Source: a candidate division WOR-3 bacterium (GTDB taxonomy: Bacteria; Hydrothermota; Tepidihabitantia; Tepidihabitantales; Tepidihabitantaceae). Taken from it: DNA of 64,000 nt. Location of the stretch: positions 30,826-94,825 of the forward strand of contig CBFGJT010000003.1 of the NCBI GenBank assembly GCA_965649165.1. Reading direction: 5' to 3'. Shown here in pieces: positions 9,458-16,941 of this stretch; the stretch's first letter is position 1, and each line of letters opens with the position of its first letter. The translations under genes and the position numbers were made by a program. A model generated the notes under the pieces. The model was not told where the DNA came from. It did not search any database and saw nothing but the letters and a program-made list of their open reading frames with translations.

Positions 9458-9485
9458 AAAATACAAATTTCAAATCCGCTGTCAA
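9458..9485 (-). promoter_or_regulatory. Candidate promoter of the hydrogenase operon
   Basis: Minus strand TTGACA (9485..9480), 16-nt spacer, TATTTT (9463..9458), then 8 nt to the in-frame TTG at 9449. Confidence 0.45.
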
Positions 9486-9547
9486 GAAAATTAAGTAAGA
9501 ATTCACCACGCTTGACCCAGGAAATTATTCCAGCAGAATTTCGCACA

Positions 9548-10030
9548 ATGGTGATAAAACCGCATCCGTTCAATCACACCCGAGCTGAAAAACTGCTCCG
9601 GTGTCTGGACAGCTTTGGCTGGTCACTGTTTATCATCCGGAGGAGTAGTATCATTTTTTCCACAGACCAGCCCGGTGTCCATCCGCTTCTGACAATTGCC
9701 CGTAAATTCCGCTCCGGTTTAGCGGGCGCCACGGTGGTTGATCGGGTTGTCGGCATCTGTGCTGCCCGAATCTTCTGCCATCTCAGGGCAGGCAGTGTGA
9801 TTGCCCGTACCATGTCGCGCACCGGCTGGGGCCTACTGACTCAATCTCGAATTCCCTGCTTTTATCAGGAACTGGTCGCGCACATCCGTAACCGTACCGG
9901 CACCGATATCTGTCCCTTTGAGAAAATGGCATCAGAAATCCCTGAGTCCGTAAAGCTACTGCGGGAAATCGAAAAGAAAATAAAAAAAGGCGGAGCAAGC
10001 TCCGCCCCAGAATCCACCTGTGGTAACTAA
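9548..10030 (+). CDS. DUF1893 (TM1506-like) domain protein
   Basis: Resembles the TM1506 family: ...STDQPGVHPLL..., VVDRVVGICAA..., RNRTGTDICPFEK. Start set at the ATG at 9548 rather than the TTG at 9512, which is itself a candidate -35 element. Confidence 0.55.
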   Translation: MVIKPHPFNHTRAEKLLRCLDSFGWSLFIIRRSSIIFSTDQPGVHPLLTIARKFRSGLAGATVVDRVVGICAARIFCHLRAGSVIARTMSRTGWGLLTQSRIPCFYQELVAHIRNRTGTDICPFEKMASEIPESVKLLREIEKKIKKGGASSAPESTCGN

Positions 10031-10875
10031 TCTGCGGTCCGTACCTGGTAGGGGAAAAACCAGCCATTGAAGTCGTAAGGAGCATCCGGAGTACGAATTG
10101 TTGACCGAGGCATCAGGTCAAAAATAGCAAACCGGAAGGAAGGCACCAGTTGGGCATGCCAGGTCCCCTGAAAAACACCGTCTCCTATATAATCAAACGG
10201 CACTCGCACATAGAAAGGCCAGATTAGAACAAAGGTATGCAGAAAGGCCACCCCTTCGGTCGCATTGGTGTAAAGCGTCACCGTCACCTCCTCACCCGGG
10301 GTGAACCAGAACAGACTGTCAACTGGGAAGAAGGTGGCAAGCGGTGACCTGATTACCAGCTCCCGCAGCGAGCTCCGGATCCGGACTGAATCAATCCGGA
10401 CAGTATTCACCGAGTCTGAGGTACCGGTAGCAAGCGAAATCATCTTCAGCCGCCAGCCCCGGTCGGTATCCGACTCCTTGCCCTCGCGCCGGAAAATTGC
10501 CTGCAGCCGGATCGTCTCAACCAACCGCTTGTTCCACAGCTGAAGAGTGGTATCCGGCACCTGAGCCAGAATATGCAGATAACCGTAGTTATGTCTCGAC
10601 CAGGAGACGAACGCCGAATCACCATTGACTTGAACTTCAATCAGCGCGGTATCGTGGGTCTGGGGACCGCGCCACCAGAAAAATAGCGTCTCGACGGCGG
10701 TAAAGTAACCACCCCCAGCAGTAGAATCATGGCTCGTGCTGGTTGCAAAATGGATCGTATCCCTTTCCACCAGCGCCATAATCGCTGCCCGGTCCGCCGT
10801 CACATCCTGCCTTTTGCAGGATACGAAACAGAAACTCAGCACGGCAATTAGCCCGACGATTGTCAGATTTTTCAT
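10027..10875 (-). CDS. Hypothetical lipoprotein
   Basis: Signal peptide with lipobox MKNLTIVGLIAVLSFCFVSC. No recognisable domain. Confidence 0.6.
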   Translation of the reverse strand: MKNLTIVGLIAVLSFCFVSCKRQDVTADRAAIMALVERDTIHFATSTSHDSTAGGGYFTAVETLFFWWRGPQTHDTALIEVQVNGDSAFVSWSRHNYGYLHILAQVPDTTLQLWNKRLVETIRLQAIFRREGKESDTDRGWRLKMISLATGTSDSVNTVRIDSVRIRSSLRELVIRSPLATFFPVDSLFWFTPGEEVTVTLYTNATEGVAFLHTFVLIWPFYVRVPFDYIGDGVFQGTWHAQLVPSFRFAIFDLMPRSTIRTPDAPYDFNGWFFPYQVRTAD

Positions 10876-10885
10876 CGGTTCCTCC

Positions 10886-12661
10886 TTACTTATAAATTAT
10901 CAGCCGACCGCCCTTGCCATTCCCCAAGAGCACAAAATAGGTCCCGGCGGAAAATCGGCCAAGGGCAATGTTCACAGTCTTGGTCCCAACACCAGCTTCA
11001 AACCTCCCTGCTAGCCTGCCTTGGGCATCAAACAGCCTTATCTCCTGTACGGTAGCAACTGGTGCCCAGAAATCCAAGCTTACCTGGCTTTTTGCGGGAT
11101 TCGGTGTCAGCCTGACCGCCCGCGGATAAGCATCGTCTGACCTCTCACTTCGACCGGTCGGGTTGCCAATAAAAAACGGCGTGGGGGTAATTGCACTGCT
11201 TACCTGAGACCCCTTGTAAACAGTATAACGGATATGACAGTAACGGGAACTAACCGTCTCCGGCACCAGCCACTGATACCGCCCCCTGTTTTCCAGACTG
11301 TCGGCGACCAAGATCCATGGCCCGTTCGGCCCGTCAGTTGACAGCTCAAGCCGGACCCGAGAAGAGTCCGCAGCTCCCGGCACCGCACACCCCCAGTCAA
11401 TAAACTGCACCGCACCGTTCCAGAAGCGCTCCCCGCCTCGCGGAAATACCGGATAAATTTGCAGACTGTCCGGTATTGATGCCTCTTTATAGGCGTGTGC
11501 CCAGTTCCGGTAGTTAGGCCAGGAACCTTCATTAATAATTATTGCGATGTCCGGCCTGCCGTTGTGATCAAAGTCGGCACCGGTGCGCAGCGCCTGGTAG
11601 GTTCCAGGTGTGTTGGTAGCAATCTCTGCCGCCTGCACCCAGTTACCGCTGCCATCACCGGTCCACACCGTCAGTCTTCCACCCCCGACCGCCACCAGAT
11701 CACAAAACCCGTCCGCGTTCATATCATAAAGCTGCGTACCACCATAGCTGCCGGATGGAGGTAGGCCGGTGCTTCGGTTACGCCAGATACCTTCGCCCTC
11801 GTCATAAATCCAGACTTCAACTCCGCCTGCACTGTTACAGAAAGCAACGTCAAAACCGCCATCATTGTCCACATCACCGGGCGAAATGCCTGAGAGTCCA
11901 TAAGTTGACCGGGGAAGACCGCTGTCCCCCGGATAGAACCCTCCGGTGCCGTCACCAAAATAGACCGCCGGACCGGCGGTGGCGGCGATGATATCCGGAT
12001 TGCCGTCCCGGTTCACATCCCGGAAATAAAACTCCATGTTGCAGTTGACACTTTCTGGAGTCCCCCAGGTGCGCTGCCAGGTGCCGTCACCTTGATTCAG
12101 ATAAACACGCAACCCGACACCATAACCGAACGAGCAGGATCCAATATCCAAATCCCCGTCATGGTCAACATCGGCAAAATCGGTAGAAAACATTCCCCAG
12201 CAGGCACCACCGGGCATCAGCCCATCATCCCAGGCGATCCAGTATCTACCGGTGCCGTCACCCAGTGCCACTTCAAGCATATCATCCCCCAGATCCTCGC
12301 CCGAGTAGTTGTGATGCATCCCGTAACCCACATCCAGCAGACAGTCAGCATTGACATCGCCGACCGCAATCCCGCCATAGCCGAAATTACCGTACTGATA
12401 GATATTCCAGTTTCCCCGGCCATCACCAAACCAGACCATCACCCCGTGCTCCTGGGTGTTGATATAGGGGCTACCATGGTCACCGATGGAAAGGATGTCA
12501 ATGTTGCCGTCGTTATTGACATCGGCAAACTCCAGCTCGGTCCTGCCACCTTCCAGCGCCGGATTCTGCAACCCGTTTGAACATTCGATATAATTCAGCT
12601 GACCCGGAGCCGGAAAGGCGATCAAAAGTAAGGACAGCGGTACAATGATGCGCATCTGCAC
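10886..12661 (-). CDS. FG-GAP/VCBS repeat protein with T9SS C-terminal sorting domain
   Basis: Signal peptide. Repeated DVNNDGNIDI / DVDHDGDLDI / DVNRDGNPDI / DVDNDGGFDV / DFDHNGRPDI calcium-loop motifs. The C-terminus ...IRLFDAQGRLAGRF...SAGTYFVLLGNGKGGRLIIYK is typical of Por/T9SS sorting domains. Confidence 0.8.
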   Translation of the reverse strand: MQMRIIVPLSLLLIAFPAPGQLNYIECSNGLQNPALEGGRTELEFADVNNDGNIDILSIGDHGSPYINTQEHGVMVWFGDGRGNWNIYQYGNFGYGGIAVGDVNADCLLDVGYGMHHNYSGEDLGDDMLEVALGDGTGRYWIAWDDGLMPGGACWGMFSTDFADVDHDGDLDIGSCSFGYGVGLRVYLNQGDGTWQRTWGTPESVNCNMEFYFRDVNRDGNPDIIAATAGPAVYFGDGTGGFYPGDSGLPRSTYGLSGISPGDVDNDGGFDVAFCNSAGGVEVWIYDEGEGIWRNRSTGLPPSGSYGGTQLYDMNADGFCDLVAVGGGRLTVWTGDGSGNWVQAAEIATNTPGTYQALRTGADFDHNGRPDIAIIINEGSWPNYRNWAHAYKEASIPDSLQIYPVFPRGGERFWNGAVQFIDWGCAVPGAADSSRVRLELSTDGPNGPWILVADSLENRGRYQWLVPETVSSRYCHIRYTVYKGSQVSSAITPTPFFIGNPTGRSERSDDAYPRAVRLTPNPAKSQVSLDFWAPVATVQEIRLFDAQGRLAGRFEAGVGTKTVNIALGRFSAGTYFVLLGNGKGGRLIIYK

Positions 12662-12668
12662 CTCCTGC

Positions 12669-13019
12669 TTATTTCCGTGGCTGTCTTAATGCCAGCTTCA
12701 GCCGATCTTCGGCACGGGCAGTGATTTTGTAAAGCCTTGCTACCGGCATTAGATAATCGGCAAAGAGCAGCAGAACACCGACCAGAAGCAGAATCTGCCG
12801 CACCGTTCTGCCAGAACCGGTGTCAAAAAACTGCACCCGCATCGGATTTGCCCACAGCAGTATTGCCACTCCGAGAACTACAAAAAAAAGAATATTAAGC
12901 ACCTGACGCAGGAGCATCTCCCGGCGTAGCATGCCCATCAGTCCAGGATCGGTAATTTCCAGCTCCGGCTCACGGTTCCGGACTGCCTGCTTCAGCTGCT
13001 CACGACTACTGATGTTCAT
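12669..13019 (-). CDS. Small two-TM membrane protein, unknown function
   Basis: Start at MNISSREQ (13019), preceded by GAAGGAGGAACAATA. Overlaps the thyX stop by 14 nt. The longer ORF start at 13148 would run deep into thyX. Confidence 0.5.
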   Translation of the reverse strand: MNISSREQLKQAVRNREPELEITDPGLMGMLRREMLLRQVLNILFFVVLGVAILLWANPMRVQFFDTGSGRTVRQILLLVGVLLLFADYLMPVARLYKITARAEDRLKLALRQPRK

Positions 13020-14571
13020 TATTGTTCCTCCTTCGGGTGCTGTTCTGGTTACTGTTACCCCGCGGCAACTGTCGCGGCTTGGGCAGTTCCAGTCTAGTAA
13101 CCTTCGGCTCATGACCAAAAAGCTCCTGGTAAACGCGGGCATAACCATCCTTACCGCCCGCGAGAAGCAGAGTCAGGGGCATCACATTCCGCGCCTGCTC
13201 CACTATACGGCTGACAATGTCCCGAATATCCCACTGCGCCGAGCTGTCCTGGCGCAGGCGAGACAGATGGTAAAGCTCACGCGCATTCAGAGTTAAAAGC
13301 ACCCGGCGTTGATGGGAGTTGGTGAGCACATACTGGGCGGCTGCTGGATTGACCGCGGCAATTTTGTCATAAACCTCCTCAGTCAGACTCAGCACCTCCT
13401 TGAAGCTCTTGTGCTCCTTGAGTTCGGCGATCGATACCGGAATTGTCCAGCCTAGATCTGGATCATAGGGCTGGGCGGTAATTGTTGTCAGCCGGTGCCG
13501 CTTGAGCTGAGCAAAGCAGGCAGCCGAAATCACTAGCTCAAAAGTTACATACAGATGCTCAAACTCCCGGAGCACCGCATCATACGCCTGCAGATCCTGG
13601 CAGACAAGCTTGAAAATTTCTTTCTTACGTGCCAGCGTCTGCTTTTCGGATCGAGAGAGACACTCAGCAAAGGTTGCGCGGGAGGCGGAGTGCAGAAGTG
13701 CCGCCAGGAGTTTATTGTCAGCATTCTGGGTATAATCCACCAGCACTACATCAGAGGCGGACATCGCAATCAGATTTCTGGGCCGGCGCGGAAAGGGCCG
13801 CACCATGAAACTCTGGGCGAACTCCTCCAGCCGGGGATAGGTGTTTTTCTCATATTCGGTCGGACCGGTAAAGACGAGCAAGGACGGTGCCACCGCCTCC
13901 GCCTGCTCATAAAGTGCCCGTGCCAATCCCCGCACCTCAGCCAGTTCATTGGCGGCCAGACGCCGGACCATATACTCAAGCGTGCGGGCATTCACCGTCA
14001 TTCCCACCTGGGTCTGCGTCGCCAGCGGTGTGATATACCGAGCGTCCTCCTTCGCCATGTTCTCCAGCCGGTCAGGCTGCTCTTTGAGCTCAGGTCGGGC
14101 TTGGGCAAAATAATCCTTCAACCGCTCCAGCAACCTGCCGTAGGCTTCAAACTGAACCCGCATCAGATTCAGGTAATCATCGAGCAGCTCGGAATTTCTG
14201 ATCTCCTCCGGCACTAGATACTGATTTTCAAGCTTCACATACCTCTGGGAACGCTCGGTAAACGATGCCAGCCGGTGATGCTCCACCGCCTCCACTGCCA
14301 GCCGGGACAGATCTTCAAGATCAAAGTTGAAAACCGCATGCTCAGCAATGGAGTGATGACCCATCTCAAACACAATGGTCTGATTGGACTGGCGTGATTT
14401 TTTCAACTCCCGCCGTGCCTCACTGCGCAGGGTATCAACCGGTTTGGAACTCCGGCTGATCCGGGCATAGGCAGCTGCAATCGTCTCCGGTGTCGGCACT
14501 ATCCGCCGGTTCTTGCTCAAACTCTGAATTAGCTCCTGCTCAATATTAAATCCTGCAAGTCTGACTTTCAT
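13006..14571 (-). CDS. thyX: FAD-dependent thymidylate synthase, tandem-domain (long) form
   Basis: Domain 1 carries HHRLASFTERSQRY, matching the ThyX motif RHRxxSxxxxSxRY. Domain 2 carries only KRHRLTTITAQPY. At 521 aa it is about twice the length of a canonical ThyX. Confidence 0.85.
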   Translation of the reverse strand: MKVRLAGFNIEQELIQSLSKNRRIVPTPETIAAAYARISRSSKPVDTLRSEARRELKKSRQSNQTIVFEMGHHSIAEHAVFNFDLEDLSRLAVEAVEHHRLASFTERSQRYVKLENQYLVPEEIRNSELLDDYLNLMRVQFEAYGRLLERLKDYFAQARPELKEQPDRLENMAKEDARYITPLATQTQVGMTVNARTLEYMVRRLAANELAEVRGLARALYEQAEAVAPSLLVFTGPTEYEKNTYPRLEEFAQSFMVRPFPRRPRNLIAMSASDVVLVDYTQNADNKLLAALLHSASRATFAECLSRSEKQTLARKKEIFKLVCQDLQAYDAVLREFEHLYVTFELVISAACFAQLKRHRLTTITAQPYDPDLGWTIPVSIAELKEHKSFKEVLSLTEEVYDKIAAVNPAAAQYVLTNSHQRRVLLTLNARELYHLSRLRQDSSAQWDIRDIVSRIVEQARNVMPLTLLLAGGKDGYARVYQELFGHEPKVTRLELPKPRQLPRGNSNQNSTRRRNNNEHQ

Positions 14572-14852
14572 ACTGTTCAGAGAATATGTACAAATTTAGA
14601 ATTGTCAACAATTATTATTTTCCGTATATTATAATTGATGCTTCGGAGATGAAAAAATTAACATTTTTAGCCTCCTCCCGGCATGCCCGTTTGAACCAAC
14701 ACACGAAAATACACGAAGTTACCAGCCTGACGCCGCCTTAACGTCGGATTTGAGGGATTCGCCCCGGGATTACTCCCAGAATTAAAGAAAGATGAAAAGT
14801 TGCCATCGCCTCCCAATCCTCAATCAACTTCCTTGCTTTACGCCTGCTGACC

Positions 14853-14880
14853 TTGATTTATATCTCCTGATGATTAAATT
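14853..14880 (+). promoter_or_regulatory. Candidate promoter, leaderless-type, for the Mut7-C/hutH-like operon
   Basis: TTGATT, 16-nt spacer, TAAATT, then 8 nt to the ATG at 14889. No Shine-Dalgarno. Confidence 0.5.
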
Positions 14881-14888
14881 TATCCGGC

Positions 14889-15356
14889 ATGAAGTCTGAT
14901 AACCATCCCCGTCTTTTCTGTGACGTCATGCTGGGCAGGCTTGCCCGGCGTCTCCGACTCCTAGGTCTGGATGTTCGCTATGAACCTGGTGTCCGAGGGT
15001 TGCAGGCTTATCGCCGGGCAAGGGCAGACCGGCGCCTTTTTCTTACCCGACATCAGAAACTCAAAGGTCTGCCCGATGTTCTGCTTCTGGAAAGCGAAAA
15101 TACCGGCCGGCAGCTGGAGACAGTCTGCCAGGCGCTGGGCATCCCAAAGGAAAAACCCCGTAGCGAATCTCAAGCCCTGTCCCGATGCCCGGTCTGTAAT
15201 GAAGTTTTAAAGAAAATCAGCCGGGATCAGGCACGACCGGCGGTGCCATTCTACATCTACCAGATTCATAATGACTTCCGGCGCTGCCCGCAGTGTCAGC
15301 GTGTATTCTGGCCCGGCAGTCATGTACAGAAAATGCTCAAACAGGGAGGAAAATAA
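14889..15356 (+). CDS. Mut7-C RNase domain (DUF82) protein with C-terminal zinc ribbon
   Basis: LFCDVMLGRLARRLRLLGLDVRY is the hallmark N-terminus. CPVCN...CPQC zinc ribbon at the C-terminus. Confidence 0.75.
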   Translation: MKSDNHPRLFCDVMLGRLARRLRLLGLDVRYEPGVRGLQAYRRARADRRLFLTRHQKLKGLPDVLLLESENTGRQLETVCQALGIPKEKPRSESQALSRCPVCNEVLKKISRDQARPAVPFYIYQIHNDFRRCPQCQRVFWPGSHVQKMLKQGGK

Positions 15357-16880
15357 ATGGCAGTAATGCTGGATGGCAAAACACTGAAAATTGAAGACCT
15401 GGTCCGGGTGGCACGGAACCGTGAACCGGTTGAACTCACACCCGCTGCCCGGGAACGGATCACCCGCTGCCGGCAGTTTGTGGAGGACAAAATCGCCGCC
15501 CGCGCTGTAATGTACGGCATCACCACCGGCATCGGGGAACTGTCTGAGGTAATTCTTACACCGGAACAGACCCGGCAGTTTCAGCGCTTTCTGGTTTATT
15601 CCCATTCTGCCGGTTGTGGCGACCCGCTGCCTGAAGAGGTTGTGCGGGCTGCAATCTGCTCCCGGATCAATGTCCTTGCCAACGGCAACTCCGGCATCCG
15701 GCTCAAGGTTGTTGAGACTTTGGTCGCAATGCTCAATAAGGGCGTAACACCGGTGGTGTTTGACCGGGGCTCGGTAGGTGCCTGCGGCGATCTTTCACCA
15801 ATGAGCCAGATGGCACTCGTGCTGCTGGGTGAGGGCGAAGCGTTCTATCAGGGAAAACGGCTAAGCGGTGCTGAAGCGCTCCGGGCTGCCGGTATCGAGC
15901 CAATTCAGTTTGAAGCCCGGGACGGCTTGGCTACGATCAACGGTTCCAATATGACCGCTGGCTGGGGTGCACTCCAGCTGTTTGACACTGACCAGTTCCT
16001 TAAAACCTCGGAGGTTGCTGCAGCACTGACCCTTGAAGTGCTCAACGCCAATATGGCTGCCTATGATGAACGGATTCATAAGGCACGCGGTTATCCCGGT
16101 GCTATCACTTCCGCAAAAAACATCCGGCGCCTGACCGAAAACTCGGAAATGCTCCGTCAACCGGGTAAGAAGGTTCAGGATGCCTATTCCCTGCGCTCAA
16201 CCCCGCAGGTAGTCGGCGGTGCCCGTGACGCACTGAACTGGGCAAAAAAGATGTTTGAGATCGAGCTGAACGGGGTTGGTGACAACCCGCTGTTCTTCCC
16301 CGATGACCAGGCTTATCTCACCGGCGCCAATTTTCAAGGCACACCCCTAGCGCTGGCACTGGATCTGGTCGGTTCGAGCATAACGATGATTGCGGTCCTG
16401 TCAGAACGACGCACAAACCGGCTCCTGAACCGTAACCTATCAGTCGGATTACCTGCCTTTCTTACCAAGGGTGCCGGGATGTTCTCCGGACTGATGCTGA
16501 CCCAGTATACTCAGGGCATGCTCATCTGCGAAAACCGGATTCTTTCCGCACCCGCCGCCACCGGTTCAATCCCGGCAGCTGCGGATCAGGAGGACTTTGT
16601 CTCCATGTCCTTTACCTCGGCACGCAAAACAAGCCAGATTCTGGAAAATGCCTGGTTCGTGATTGCGATTGAACTGCTCAGCGGTGCCCAGGCAGTTGAG
16701 TTTCGCAAACCGCTCAAACTGGGCACCGGCACTCAGGTCGCCTATGAACTCATCCGCCGCACTGTGCCCAAACTGGAAGAGGACCGCCCCCTGCAGTATG
16801 ATATTAACCGGCTCACCGAACTGGTCCGTTCTGGCGAACTGCTAAGCGCAGTAGAGTCAGCAATCGGACCGCTGGATTAG
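15357..16880 (+). CDS. hutH: Histidine/aromatic amino acid ammonia-lyase family protein (MIO enzyme) with an Ala-Cys-Gly triad
   Basis: YGITTGIG, SHSAG, LATINGSN, QDAYSLRSTPQV and QEDFVSMS all align with HAL. The MIO position reads GSVGACGDL (A142-C143-G144, nt 15780..15788). The stop of the upstream gene abuts the ATG (TAAATG). Confidence 0.8.
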   Translation: MAVMLDGKTLKIEDLVRVARNREPVELTPAARERITRCRQFVEDKIAARAVMYGITTGIGELSEVILTPEQTRQFQRFLVYSHSAGCGDPLPEEVVRAAICSRINVLANGNSGIRLKVVETLVAMLNKGVTPVVFDRGSVGACGDLSPMSQMALVLLGEGEAFYQGKRLSGAEALRAAGIEPIQFEARDGLATINGSNMTAGWGALQLFDTDQFLKTSEVAAALTLEVLNANMAAYDERIHKARGYPGAITSAKNIRRLTENSEMLRQPGKKVQDAYSLRSTPQVVGGARDALNWAKKMFEIELNGVGDNPLFFPDDQAYLTGANFQGTPLALALDLVGSSITMIAVLSERRTNRLLNRNLSVGLPAFLTKGAGMFSGLMLTQYTQGMLICENRILSAPAATGSIPAAADQEDFVSMSFTSARKTSQILENAWFVIAIELLSGAQAVEFRKPLKLGTGTQVAYELIRRTVPKLEEDRPLQYDINRLTELVRSGELLSAVESAIGPLD

Positions 16881-16941
16881 GAAAACCAGCGCAAAAAATT
16901 CGGGGCACCAAAAAGGTGCCCCGTTTTCCTTTTCTCCCGGA

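Noticed and set aside
13555-14217. 220-aa plus-strand ORF
   Set aside because: It is antisense to thyX and has no RBS or recognisable motif. thyX on the minus strand is strongly supported.
14629-14664. 11-codon mini-ORF (MLIFSSPKHQL) on the minus strand with a GGGAGGAGG RBS upstream of thyX
   Set aside because: It is too short to evaluate, and it sits upstream of, not within, the apparent thyX promoter. There is no attenuator-like structure linking it to thyX.
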